From an uncultured Chloroflexia bacterium (GTDB lineage: Bacteria; Chloroflexota; Limnocylindria; Limnocylindrales; CSP1-4), in assembly GCA_963744115.1 (NCBI GenBank), contig CAVUSI010000003.1, positions 1,480,932 through 1,544,931 of the forward strand: a DNA stretch of 64,000 bases, read 5' to 3'. Under the pieces are notes generated by a model. It was not told the origin of the DNA, searched no databases, and saw only the letters and a list, made by a program, of their open reading frames with translations. Position numbers and translations under genes: made by a program. Positions 55,022 to 64,000 of the stretch are shown in pieces; the first letter of the stretch is position 1; each line of letters begins with the position of its first letter.

Positions 55022-57534
55022 GAGTCCCGCTGTCCTGGCTGCGGGATTACATCGAGGTCGATCTCGAACCCGAGCCTCTCGCCGAGCGGCTGACGATGCT
55101 CGGGATGGAGGTCAAGGGGATCGAGCGGCGCGGGACCGAGTGGTCGAATGTCGTGGTCGGCGAGCTGCTCGCCGTCGACAAGCACCCGCGCGCCGACCGC
55201 CTGTCGTTGACCCGGGTCACCGTCGGTTCGGGGGAACCGCTCGAGATCGTCTGCGGGGCCACGAACATCGCACCCGGGCAGCGCGTGCCGGTCGCGTTGC
55301 CGGGCGCCGTCCTCCCGGGCGGCCGCAGGATCGAGCGGACCGAGAAGATGGGCATCGTCAGCTCCGGGATGCTCTGCTCGGGCGACGAGCTCGAGCTGAC
55401 GGCCGATGCCGACGGGATCCTCATCCTCCCGGCCGACACCCCGTTGGGGACCCCGCTCGGGGACCTGTTCGGCGACGTCGTGCTCGACATCGACGTCAAG
55501 CCCAACCGCGGCGACGGCCTGTCGATCCTCGGCCTCGCACGCGAGATCTCGATCGTCACCGGGGCGCCTGTTCGCCCGCCGGTCATCGAGCTGCTCGAGG
55601 ACACCGCCGATCCGACAGCGGCCCGCCTGGCGGTGACGGTGCTCGAGCCCGAGCTCTGCTCGCGGTTCGTCGGCCGATGGCTGAGCGACGTCCGGATCGG
55701 ACCGTCACCGCGGTCCGTCCAGTCGCGTCTGCTGGCCGCCGGGATGCGCCCGGTGAGCAACGTCGTCGACGCGAGCAACTACGTGATGCTCGAGCTGGGC
55801 AAGCCGATCCACACGTTCGATGCCGCGGCGGTGGCGCGCGACGACGGTGGACAGGCGCGCATCGTCGTCCGACGGGCGACGGCGGGGGAACGGCTCGAGA
55901 CGCTCGATCACGTGGCCCGGATGCTCGATCCGGAGACGCTCATCATCGCCGACGCGAACGGCCCGATCGGCATCGCCGGGGTCATGGGCAGCGTCTCGAG
56001 CGAGATCTCGGAACGGACGACCGCGGTGATCGTCGAGTCGGCGATCTTCGACCCGATCAGCATCCGTCGGACGGGCCAACGGTACGGGCTCCGGTCGGAA
56101 GCCAGCCTGCGCTTCGAGAAGGGCCAGGAGAACCGTCTTGCCCGGATCGGCGCGGATCGGTGCGCCCAGCTGATCCTCGACTGGGCCGGCGGGACCCTCG
56201 GCGTCGGACGGGTCGACAGTGCCCCCGAGGAGCCGGTCGAGCAGACGGTCGCCTTCCGCCCTCGACGCGTGTCACGTCTGCTCGGTCTGGACCTCGCGCC
56301 CGAGGCCCAGCGGACGGTCCTCGCCCGGGCGGCGATCGAGACCGCCGAAGCCACCGGCCCGACCACCGTCGCCGTGGCCGGCGGAACGGACCCACTCACG
56401 GTCTTGGTCGCAGCGGACGAGGTGTTGATCGCACGGATCCCGACCTGGCGCCGGGACCTCGCGATCGAGGGCGACATCGCCGAGGAGATCGCCCGGGTCC
56501 ACGGATACGAGTCCATCCCGCCGACCATCCCGGATACCGCTCCACCACCCTGGAGTCCGAGTCCGCTCGAGCTTCGCGACGCCGTCCGCGAGATCCTTGT
56601 CGGGGCCGGCGTCACCGAGATCGTGACCCATGCGCTGGTGTCGCCACGCCAGCTCGAGGCGTTCGGCTGGAGTTCGCCGGCCGGGCCCGCCGACGGCGAG
56701 GTCCCGGAGGGCGGAGCGCCGATCGCGGTCCTCAACCCGCTGGCACCGGACCACTCGGTCATGCGCCAAGGGCTGCTCGGCAGCCTCGCCGAGGTCGTCG
56801 CCACGAATGCCAGGAACGGTCGTGCCGACCTCGCCCTCTTCGAGATCGGCAAGGGGTACGGTCGCGATCACGCGACGGCATCCGAGTGGTGGCGCCTGGC
56901 GATCGGCCTGTCCGGGGATCGTGAACCGGCCGCCTGGAACCGACCGAGCCGTCAGGCGGACCTGGACGACGTCAAGGGCCTGGTCGAGCTGCTGGCGGCC
57001 CGGACCGGGCTCGGCCGCCCGTCCTGGACGCCCCTCGGTGACGAGCCGATCCTCCATCCCGGCCGGGCCGCATCGGTCGAGGCCTTCACCGGTGACGGCA
57101 GGCTCGGCCTGAGCGGACGGGTCGGTGAGCTCCACCCGTCCCTGGTCGAACGGTGGGAGCTCCGGGTCGATCGGCTGATCGTCGCCGAGCTTTCGATCGC
57201 CGGACTGACCAGCGGGCAGCTGCCGGTGGTCAGGATCGCTCCCATCGTCCGGCAGCCTGCCGTGGAGCGGGATCTCGCCGTGGTCGTCGCCGAGGCGGTC
57301 GCAGCGGGCGCCGTGGAAGCCGCCATCCGTGCGGCGGCCGGCCCGCTCCTGGTCGACGTCCGGCTGTTCGACGTGTACCGCGGGGCCCCGCTCGCGGCCG
57401 GAGAGAAGAGCCTGGCGGAACGCCTCGTGTTCCAGGCCGCGGACCGGACCCTGACCGATGCCGAGATCGATGCCGAGCTCGGCGCGATCACCGCGGCGCT
57501 TGCCGAGCGGGTCGGGTCGCGCCTGCGCACCTGA
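55018..57534 (+). CDS. pheT: phenylalanyl-tRNA synthetase beta subunit
   Basis: 838-aa ORF. N-terminus is MRVPLSWLRDYI. The tRNA-binding, B3/4, B5 and FDX-ACB regions are recognisable. GTGA overlap with pheS. Confidence 0.95.
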   Translation: MRVPLSWLRDYIEVDLEPEPLAERLTMLGMEVKGIERRGTEWSNVVVGELLAVDKHPRADRLSLTRVTVGSGEPLEIVCGATNIAPGQRVPVALPGAVLPGGRRIERTEKMGIVSSGMLCSGDELELTADADGILILPADTPLGTPLGDLFGDVVLDIDVKPNRGDGLSILGLAREISIVTGAPVRPPVIELLEDTADPTAARLAVTVLEPELCSRFVGRWLSDVRIGPSPRSVQSRLLAAGMRPVSNVVDASNYVMLELGKPIHTFDAAAVARDDGGQARIVVRRATAGERLETLDHVARMLDPETLIIADANGPIGIAGVMGSVSSEISERTTAVIVESAIFDPISIRRTGQRYGLRSEASLRFEKGQENRLARIGADRCAQLILDWAGGTLGVGRVDSAPEEPVEQTVAFRPRRVSRLLGLDLAPEAQRTVLARAAIETAEATGPTTVAVAGGTDPLTVLVAADEVLIARIPTWRRDLAIEGDIAEEIARVHGYESIPPTIPDTAPPPWSPSPLELRDAVREILVGAGVTEIVTHALVSPRQLEAFGWSSPAGPADGEVPEGGAPIAVLNPLAPDHSVMRQGLLGSLAEVVATNARNGRADLALFEIGKGYGRDHATASEWWRLAIGLSGDREPAAWNRPSRQADLDDVKGLVELLAARTGLGRPSWTPLGDEPILHPGRAASVEAFTGDGRLGLSGRVGELHPSLVERWELRVDRLIVAELSIAGLTSGQLPVVRIAPIVRQPAVERDLAVVVAEAVAAGAVEAAIRAAAGPLLVDVRLFDVYRGAPLAAGEKSLAERLVFQAADRTLTDAEIDAELGAITAALAERVGSRLRT

Positions 57535-57635
57535 CCATCGTCCTGCTTGTTGCGCCGATAGTCACGCGTTACCCTTGCGCCGCCTCGCAGCCTGGCCGAC
57601 GGGCCGCGAGTCTCGATCCGTTCTAGGGAGACCTC

Positions 57636-58220
57636 GTGGACATCGTCCAGACGATCACGAACACGGCGACGTTCGACTGGCTCGTCATCGGCTTCTGCGT
57701 CCTGATGTTCGTCGTCGGTTTCGCCCAAGGCGTCATCCGACGGCTCCTGGGGATCGCCTCGATCGCCTTCTCGTTCCTGCTCGCGGCCAACCTGCGCGAC
57801 ACGCTCGGCTCGTTCCTGGCCGACAGCTGGACGCAGTTCCCGCGGGAGTACTCGTACATGATCGCCTTCGGGGTCATGTTCGTCGTGTTCGCGGTGGTCT
57901 TCGCCATCGCCATCCAGTCGTTCTACAAGCGGACCCCGATCCTGGCCAAATGGCCGATCGTCGACGAGCTCCTGGGCGGGGTCCTTGGCGTCGTCGAAGC
58001 GCTGTTGATCATCGGCTGCGGGATCGCCATCCTCGACTCTTTCTTCCGCCTCCCGATCGGGATCGGCGACCAGCAGGTCGTCCAGCTCAAGGACCTGTAC
58101 GGCGCGATCAACGCGTCGGGCACCGCGTCGGTCTTCCGCGACACCCTCATCCCGATCTTCGTGGCCGTGACCGGCCCGCTCGTCCCCTCGGACATCCGCG
58201 CACTCTTCCCGCGATCCTGA
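57636..58220 (+). CDS. cvpA: CvpA-family membrane protein
   Basis: 194-aa ORF with a GTG start after GGGAG. Four TM helices with a typical CvpA N-terminus (DWLVIGFCVLMFVVGFAQGVIRRLLGIAS). Confidence 0.75.
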   Translation: MDIVQTITNTATFDWLVIGFCVLMFVVGFAQGVIRRLLGIASIAFSFLLAANLRDTLGSFLADSWTQFPREYSYMIAFGVMFVVFAVVFAIAIQSFYKRTPILAKWPIVDELLGGVLGVVEALLIIGCGIAILDSFFRLPIGIGDQQVVQLKDLYGAINASGTASVFRDTLIPIFVAVTGPLVPSDIRALFPRS

Positions 58221-58915
58221 GCCCGAACCCGACGATCGCTCGCGATCTGCTCGCCGGCTCGACGCTGGCCGCGGCGCGGGCCCTCGTCGGGTCGCGCCTC
58301 GTCGTCGACGATCGGACGGTCGGTCGGGTCGGCGGACGGATCGTCGAGGTCGAGGCGTACATCGGCGAGGAGGACCGCGCATCGCATGCCAGGTTCGGAC
58401 GGACGGACCGGAACGCGGTGATGTACGGGGACCCAGGTCACGCCTACCTGTACCTTGTCTACGGCATGCACACCTGTCTCAACGTCGTGACCGAACCGAC
58501 CGGACATCCGGCAGCGATCCTCATCCGCGCGGTCGAGCTCGATATGGGGATCGACGCCGCCCGGACCCTGCGGGTCCGCCGCGCCGAGACTCGCCGGCGG
58601 CAGGTGCCCGACGCTGCGGCGCTGGCTCGCGAGCTCCGACGGATCGAGACGCTCCCAGCGGACCGGCTGGCGGCCGGCCCCGGCCTCGTCGGCGCCGCCT
58701 TCGGGCTGGACGCCTCGTCGAACGGCCTCGACCTGTGCGACCCGTCGTCCCGCCTGCGCCTCGAGCCGGCAGGCTCGGGTGCGACGCCCGCCACGCCCGC
58801 CGTGGTCGAGGCGACACCGCGGGTGGGCATCGGGTATGCCGGGGAGCCGTGGACGAGCGTGCCGTGGCGCTACGTGGCGAGCGGGAGTCGGGCCCTGTCC
58901 GACCCTCCCCGCTGA
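58217..58915 (+). CDS. DNA-3-methyladenine glycosylase (MPG/AAG family)
   Basis: MPG motifs are present (GRIVEVEAYIGEEDRASHA; RNAVMYGDPGHAYLYLVYGMHTCLNVV; ILIRAVE; GPGLVGAAFG; PRVGIGYAGE). There is no in-frame ATG, GTG or TTG near the start of homology. The start is placed at CTG 58217 (or ATC 58214), overlapping the cvpA stop. Confidence 0.7.
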   Translation: MSPNPTIARDLLAGSTLAAARALVGSRLVVDDRTVGRVGGRIVEVEAYIGEEDRASHARFGRTDRNAVMYGDPGHAYLYLVYGMHTCLNVVTEPTGHPAAILIRAVELDMGIDAARTLRVRRAETRRRQVPDAAALARELRRIETLPADRLAAGPGLVGAAFGLDASSNGLDLCDPSSRLRLEPAGSGATPATPAVVEATPRVGIGYAGEPWTSVPWRYVASGSRALSDPPR

Positions 58916-58930
58916 GTCGCCACGCCCACG

Positions 58931-61387
58931 ATGGATGACAAGTCCGTCCAGCTCCTCGAGTTCCCGTCGATCCGGGAGCGCCTGGCCGGGCTGACGACGT
59001 TCCCGCCCGGCCGACGCCTGGCCGAGTCCATCGCGCCATGGGACGATCCCGTCCTCGTCGCCCGCGGACTCGACGAGACCGACCAGACCCGCTCCCTGCT
59101 CGAGGAGCGGTCGACCGTCGGCATCGGTGCGGCCCACGACATCGGACCGTGGATCGAACGGGCCGCCCGGGGTGGCCGACTCGATCCCGGCCAGTTCCTC
59201 GAGATCGCCGAGACCCTTGACGCCGTCGGTCGGCTTGGGACGGCCCTGGCCGACGAGCGGCGACCGCTGCTCCACGATCTCGGCCGAGAGCTCCATCCGC
59301 TGCCTGCACTGCGCGGCACGCTGGCCCGGAGCTTCGACCCCGTCGGCGAGGTGCTCGACAGCGCGTCGCCCCGCCTCGGGGGCCTGCGCGCCGCGGTCCG
59401 GGTCGCCTACGACCGCCTGCGACGTCGGCTCGACGCGCTGGTCCAGTCCGAGACCGCCTCTGGGGCGCTCCAGGAGCCGATCATCACCCTGCGCAACGGC
59501 CGCTATGTCGTGCCGGTCCGGGCCGACGCCAGGAGCCGGGTCAAGGGCATCGTCCACGACGCGTCCGGGAGCGGCCAGACCCTGTTCGTCGAGCCCCTCG
59601 TCGCCGTCGAGCTCGGCAACGCCTGGCGCGAAGCGCAGGCCGCCGAGCGCGAGGAGATCGAACGGATCCTCGATGAGCTGTCGGCGCTCGTCGCCGCGAA
59701 CGCGGTGATGCTCCGCTCGTCGCTCGGCGCCCTTGCCCGCTTCGATCTGTGGGCGGCCAAGGCGCGTCTCGCCGCCGAGATGGATGGGATCCGGGCGGAG
59801 ACCGCCGACCGACCGGAGGTCATCCTGCTCGGCGCCCGCCATCCCGGGTTATCGGGCCGGGTCGTCCCGATCGACATCCGGCTCGGCGATGGCTACACCG
59901 CGCTCGTCGTCACCGGTCCGAACACCGGCGGCAAGACCGTGACGCTGCGCACCCTCGGGCTGCTCGCCCTGATGCACCAGGCCGGGCTCCACGTCCCGGC
60001 TGAGGCTGGCTCGCGACTCCCGGTGTTCGGCGACGTGTTCGCGGATATCGGCGACGAGCAGTCGGTGGCGCAGAGCCTGTCGACCTTCTCCGGACACCTG
60101 CGATCGATCATCCGGATCGTCGATTCCGCCGGACCCGGGACCCTGGTCCTGCTCGACGAGCTTGGCGCGGGGACGGATCCGACCGAGGGATCGGCGCTCG
60201 CCCAGGCACTTCTCGATCACTTCATCCGGGCGGGTGCGCTGGTCGCCGCGACGACCCATTACGCCGAGCTCAAGGCCTACGCCCACACGACGCCCGCCGC
60301 CCGGAACGCGTCGGTGGAGTTCGACCTCGAGTCGCTCACGCCGACGTACCGGCTGACGATCGGACTCCCGGGCGGGAGCCAGGCGTTCGCGATCGCCGAG
60401 CGCCTCGGCCTTCCGAGCGCCATCGTCGACGATGCGCGGTCCCGCCTGACCGAGAACCAGCGGACGTTCGAGGCGACCCTCGCCTCGCTGCGGGCGGCCG
60501 AGGACGAGACGAGTGATGCGCTGGAACGTGCCCGCGCCGCCGAGGTCCGCGCGCTCGACGCGCTGCGCCAGGCACAGGACGAGCGGCGGTCGGCCCGGCG
60601 TGAACGCGACGAGGTCGTCGCCGCTGCCCGCGCCGAGGCCGAGCGGAGCGTGGCGGACCTGCGCGAGGAGATCCGGTCGACACGTCAGGCGCTGGAGCGT
60701 GAGACCGTGACGGCCAAGGCACTCGACAGCGCGATCGGCGATGCGGAGGCACTCCTCGCGGCCCTGCCGGAGGTGGTCGCGCGGCCCGTCGAACCGGTCG
60801 CTGCCGACGTCCCGCGCGAGTGGCAGCTCGGCGACCGTGCCCGAAGCCGGAGCCAGGGGTGGGAGGGCCGGATCTCCGCCCTCGAACGCCACGGCAAGCG
60901 CGTGACGCTGGAAGCCGGGGGCCTGCGGATCACCGTCGATGCCGGGGATCTCGAGCCGTCGTCAGGTGAGGAGCCGGCGATCCCTGTCGAGGAGACGCTG
61001 GCCGCCATCTGGCCGAGCGAGCGCTCGGCGATGCGCGCGTCCCGGCGTCATGAGCCGCGCGAACGGCCGTCCGCAGGTTCGTCGGCCGATCCGTCGACCG
61101 ATCGGGGTCGTCCCAGCGGCGGGGTCACGGCGCCGCGGAGCCGGTCGGTCGCCTCGTCACTCGATCTGCGTGGAGCGCGGGTGGACGAGGCCCTCGAGGT
61201 CCTCGATCGCTATCTCGACGACGCGTCGCTGGCCGGGCTCGATCGGGTGACCGTCGTCCATGGCCTGGGCACGGGCGCGTTGCGGGATGCGGTCCGCGCG
61301 AGCGCGTCCGCGAATCCGCTCGTCCGCGAGCTCCGGCCCGGGGAGCGGGGCGAGGGCGGAGACGGGGCGACGATCGTCAGCCTGTGA
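58931..61387 (+). CDS. mutS2: endonuclease MutS2 (MutS domain + C-terminal Smr)
   Basis: 818-aa ORF with a Walker A motif (VVTGPNTGGKTVTLRT), LLDELGAGTDPTEG and a C-terminal Smr domain (LDLRGARVDEALEVLDRYLD...VHGLGTGALR). Confidence 0.95.
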   Translation: MDDKSVQLLEFPSIRERLAGLTTFPPGRRLAESIAPWDDPVLVARGLDETDQTRSLLEERSTVGIGAAHDIGPWIERAARGGRLDPGQFLEIAETLDAVGRLGTALADERRPLLHDLGRELHPLPALRGTLARSFDPVGEVLDSASPRLGGLRAAVRVAYDRLRRRLDALVQSETASGALQEPIITLRNGRYVVPVRADARSRVKGIVHDASGSGQTLFVEPLVAVELGNAWREAQAAEREEIERILDELSALVAANAVMLRSSLGALARFDLWAAKARLAAEMDGIRAETADRPEVILLGARHPGLSGRVVPIDIRLGDGYTALVVTGPNTGGKTVTLRTLGLLALMHQAGLHVPAEAGSRLPVFGDVFADIGDEQSVAQSLSTFSGHLRSIIRIVDSAGPGTLVLLDELGAGTDPTEGSALAQALLDHFIRAGALVAATTHYAELKAYAHTTPAARNASVEFDLESLTPTYRLTIGLPGGSQAFAIAERLGLPSAIVDDARSRLTENQRTFEATLASLRAAEDETSDALERARAAEVRALDALRQAQDERRSARRERDEVVAAARAEAERSVADLREEIRSTRQALERETVTAKALDSAIGDAEALLAALPEVVARPVEPVAADVPREWQLGDRARSRSQGWEGRISALERHGKRVTLEAGGLRITVDAGDLEPSSGEEPAIPVEETLAAIWPSERSAMRASRRHEPRERPSAGSSADPSTDRGRPSGGVTAPRSRSVASSLDLRGARVDEALEVLDRYLDDASLAGLDRVTVVHGLGTGALRDAVRASASANPLVRELRPGERGEGGDGATIVSL

Positions 61388-61403
61388 CGGTCGGTCGACG
61401 GCG

Positions 61404-64000
61404 TCAGGGTTGGGCCGGGGGGAGGCTCTCGGTCGGGAACGGGCTGCCGCTGGGGAACGGGGGAGGCGTGGGCTGCGGACCGCCGATAGGACACATCTTC
61501 GTCGGTGCGAACGGGGCACCCCAGGTCGCGCCGAACGGGAAGTAGCTCCCGAAGCCGAAGTACTCGGTCGGCGTGTGTTTCGGTCCGCCGCGGACACCGA
61601 CGCCCTTGGCCGCCCGAGCCGCCCAGGCCCGGTCGAACTTCTGCCAGTTCGGCCAACCGGCCTCCACGCCGGATAGGTCCATGAAGCCCTTGGTGACCTT
61701 CGGACCGAGGCAGCCGTCCTGCCACAGCTTGCCGGTGGCCTTGTCGATCGCGATCCCGCTCTTGGTGTCGTCGGCCTGCTTCGGTGCGGTCCCCTGGATG
61801 AAGTACTCCTTGAACGTCTTGTGGGTGAACGGACCGGGCAGCATCCCGCTGTTGGCGTCGACCGCGACCTGGATGACGTTCTTGGGCTTGCTCTCGAACT
61901 GGGCGATCGGCTCGCCCTTGAGGGCATCCTGGAAGAACGCCTGCCACAGGCTGGCCGCCGTCTCGAGGGCCACTGTTCCGCGAGGCGGAGCGCTGTTGTC
62001 CGAGTTGCCCATCCAGGCTCCGACGACGAGGGCAGGCTGCTTGGGATCCTTGGGGGCGGCCACGAAGCCCATCGCCGCGAGGTCGATCTCGTCGTTCGTC
62101 GTTCCGGTCTTGAGCGCGGCCGGTCGACGCCGTCCACCGCTGTACAACGCGCGCCGCGACCAGAACGGGTTGCTCCGCGGATCGGTGTTCGACTGGAGGA
62201 TGTCCTGCATGATCCAGGCGCCGCCGGCGCTGATCGCCTGCGTCCCGGTGGGCTTCTTTGTCGTGGTCGGCCAGACCGTGAGCGGCGCACCCTTGGTATC
62301 GGTCGACTGGACCGACAGGATCGCTGTCCGCGGCATCAGGACGCCGCCGTTGGCGATCGCGCCAAAAGCGCTGATCAGGTCGATGTAATGGAGCTCGACG
62401 GTCCCGATGCCGATCGAGCCGCCGGCCGGGTTCTTGGTCGACTGCCACTGGATCCCGAGCTTCTTGGCGAACTCGTAGACGTGGTCCGGTCCGCTGATCA
62501 GGGCGGCCTTGATGGCCGGGATGTTCAGCGACAGCTGGATGGCCTGACGCAGGCGCAGCGGACCGCGCTCGGCCAGGTCGGCGTCACCCGGGGCGTAGCC
62601 GCCACCGAAGTTCGTGACGACGTCCATGAACAGCGACGACGCCGTGAGAGTCTTGTCTTCGATGCCCGTCAGGTAGTTGATCGGCTTGAACGCGGATCCG
62701 GCCTGGCGCCAGCCGTCGCCCAGAACGTCGAACTTGGGCTGGAACTTCTTGCCGTGCGGCTTCTCGTAGTACGACCCGCTGCCGACGTAGGCCAGGATCT
62801 GGCCCGTCTTGTAGTCGACGGCGCCGAGCGCGGCGTTGTAGATGCCGCGGCCCTTGAGATCGCGGATCCAGGCCGCGTAGGACACGCCGATGCTGCGAAG
62901 GTAGGCTGAGGTGTTTCCGCGGTTCGGCGCGATGGCGGCCGCCTTGACCCACTTCTCGGCCTTCTTCTGGAGCTTCCAGTCGAGCGAGGTGATGACCTTG
63001 TACCCGCCGGTGTCGACGGCCTCGCAGGTGTCCGCCTGGTCCTCGCCGCACAGGATCGTCCCGAGCTGATGACGGACCTGCCAGACGAAGTGGGGGGCGA
63101 GCCAGTTCGCGCTCGCCGGCGGGGTCAGGATGACCGGCTCCTTCTTGGCCGCCTCGAAGTCGGCGTCCGTGAACTGGCCGACCGTCAGCACGCTGCGCGT
63201 CTTCATCAGGTCGAGGATCTTGTCCCGGCGCTGGACGATCGGCGAGTCGTCGGGGACCTGGAGGACGGTCTTGCCGTCGGGGCAGTCCTTACCCGCCGCG
63301 ACCTGGACCGTGCAGACCTCCTCGGCATTCTTGATCAGGTCGTAGGAGGTCGGCGACTGGGGGATGCCGGCGAGGATCGCCGCCTGGGCGAGGGTCAGCT
63401 TGGACAAGTCGTCGATCCCGAAGTAGCCCTTGGCGGCTGCCTTGATCCCATAGCTCCGGTTGCCATAGAAGTTCTGGTTGAGATAGGCCGCCATGATCTT
63501 CTTCTTGCCGTCGATCCCCTGGTATTCCTGGGTCAGCCGGATCGACTGGATGATCTCGCGCACCTTGCGCTCGTAGCGGGTGCCGGCGAACGCGCTCTGC
63601 GGGAGCAGCCTGGCGCGGACGAGCTGCTGGGTGATGGTCGATGCGCCACGCTCGTTGCCCTGCGCGGTGTCGATCGCGGCCGAGACGATCCCGACCGGGT
63701 CGAACCCGGCGTTGTCCCAGAACGTCTTGTCCTCGGTCGAGGTCGTGGCATCGATCAACCAGGCCGGGATGGTGTCGTAGTCGACGACGTCGCGCTTGAC
63801 CTGGCCGAAGCGCGCAAGCTCGACCGTCCCGGTCCGGTCGTAGACGACCGTCTCCTCGGCGAAATCGAGCGACTCGAGCAGCTTCTTGGGGTCCTCGAGA
63901 CCCTGGCTGTAGTAGCCGTACGCACCGACCGCCGCGCTGGCCCCGACGAGGCCGAGGACGACGAAGGTCCCGAACAGGAACAAGGGGAGCGCGATGGCCA
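61404..64000 (-). CDS. class A penicillin-binding protein (PBP1A-type glycosyltransferase/transpeptidase), 5' end outside window
   Basis: GT51 motifs are present (TSTEDKTFWDNAGFD; GASTITQQLVR; RKVREI), together with transpeptidase SxxK (GSAFKP), SLN and KTGTT. The reading frame stays open to the window edge through a TM helix. Confidence 0.9.
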   Translation of the reverse strand, partial: AIALPLFLFGTFVVLGLVGASAAVGAYGYYSQGLEDPKKLLESLDFAEETVVYDRTGTVELARFGQVKRDVVDYDTIPAWLIDATTSTEDKTFWDNAGFDPVGIVSAAIDTAQGNERGASTITQQLVRARLLPQSAFAGTRYERKVREIIQSIRLTQEYQGIDGKKKIMAAYLNQNFYGNRSYGIKAAAKGYFGIDDLSKLTLAQAAILAGIPQSPTSYDLIKNAEEVCTVQVAAGKDCPDGKTVLQVPDDSPIVQRRDKILDLMKTRSVLTVGQFTDADFEAAKKEPVILTPPASANWLAPHFVWQVRHQLGTILCGEDQADTCEAVDTGGYKVITSLDWKLQKKAEKWVKAAAIAPNRGNTSAYLRSIGVSYAAWIRDLKGRGIYNAALGAVDYKTGQILAYVGSGSYYEKPHGKKFQPKFDVLGDGWRQAGSAFKPINYLTGIEDKTLTASSLFMDVVTNFGGGYAPGDADLAERGPLRLRQAIQLSLNIPAIKAALISGPDHVYEFAKKLGIQWQSTKNPAGGSIGIGTVELHYIDLISAFGAIANGGVLMPRTAILSVQSTDTKGAPLTVWPTTTKKPTGTQAISAGGAWIMQDILQSNTDPRSNPFWSRRALYSGGRRRPAALKTGTTNDEIDLAAMGFVAAPKDPKQPALVVGAWMGNSDNSAPPRGTVALETAASLWQAFFQDALKGEPIAQFESKPKNVIQVAVDANSGMLPGPFTHKTFKEYFIQGTAPKQADDTKSGIAIDKATGKLWQDGCLGPKVTKGFMDLSGVEAGWPNWQKFDRAWAARAAKGVGVRGGPKHTPTEYFGFGSYFPFGATWGAPFAPTKMCPIGGPQPTPPPFPSGSPFPTESLPPAQP

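Overview
This is a very GC-rich bacterial chromosomal segment. Third codon positions are almost all G/C, so long antisense 'shadow' ORFs are everywhere. I called genes only where protein motifs, start context or synteny support them, which gives about 70 CDS, 2 tRNAs, 2 pseudogene calls (one clear, one a low-confidence gene remnant), one set of direct repeats and a few regulatory candidates.

From about 17 kb to 64 kb the window is dense housekeeping, mostly on the + strand. Many gene pairs overlap by 4 nt at stop and start (ATGA or GTGA). The gene order there is:
- DUF4332 protein and a DUF1461/Lit-like membrane protein
- moeA-moaC-mog, running straight into an EtfD-like membrane Fe-S oxidoreductase, an acyl-CoA dehydrogenase and etfB-etfA
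- nrdR-dcd, preceded by tandem NrdR-box-like palindromes
- an MBL-fold hydrolase
- a minus-strand glutaredoxin-like/ccdA/tlpA thiol-disulfide operon
- a PQQ-dependent sugar dehydrogenase
- tRNA-Arg(CCT)
- lipoproteins and MFS transporters
- a family-5 substrate-binding protein, an MA-clan peptidase, two DUF881 proteins and a DUF951 protein
- a processive GT2 glycosyltransferase, an asparaginase and an amidohydrolase
- two RNA methyltransferases
- tRNA-Val(GAC)
- thrS-infC-rpmI-rplT-pheS-pheT
- cvpA-mpg-mutS2
- a class A PBP that runs off the right edge

The content and synteny (mutS2, cvpA beside pheST, DUF881 pair) point to a high-GC Terrabacteria lineage. I cannot tell deep Actinomycetota from a Chloroflexota-like group.

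The left 17 kb is more accessory. It holds a group II PLP decarboxylase broken by two frameshifts, an ACAD-fold protein and a PatD-like aldehyde dehydrogenase. Downstream of the aldehyde dehydrogenase is a patch of small or orphan genes.

The most unusual structure sits in that patch. The last 23 nt of the aldehyde dehydrogenase gene recur twice downstream, inside two nearly identical 47-bp direct repeats. Those repeats bracket a 2.3-kb module made of three tandem paralogs of an unrecognised 4-TM, cysteine-pair membrane protein and a divergently transcribed small acidic protein. That module is my best candidate for something undescribed, but its function is unknown.

I found no CRISPR array, transposase, integrase, or recognisable defence or toxin system.
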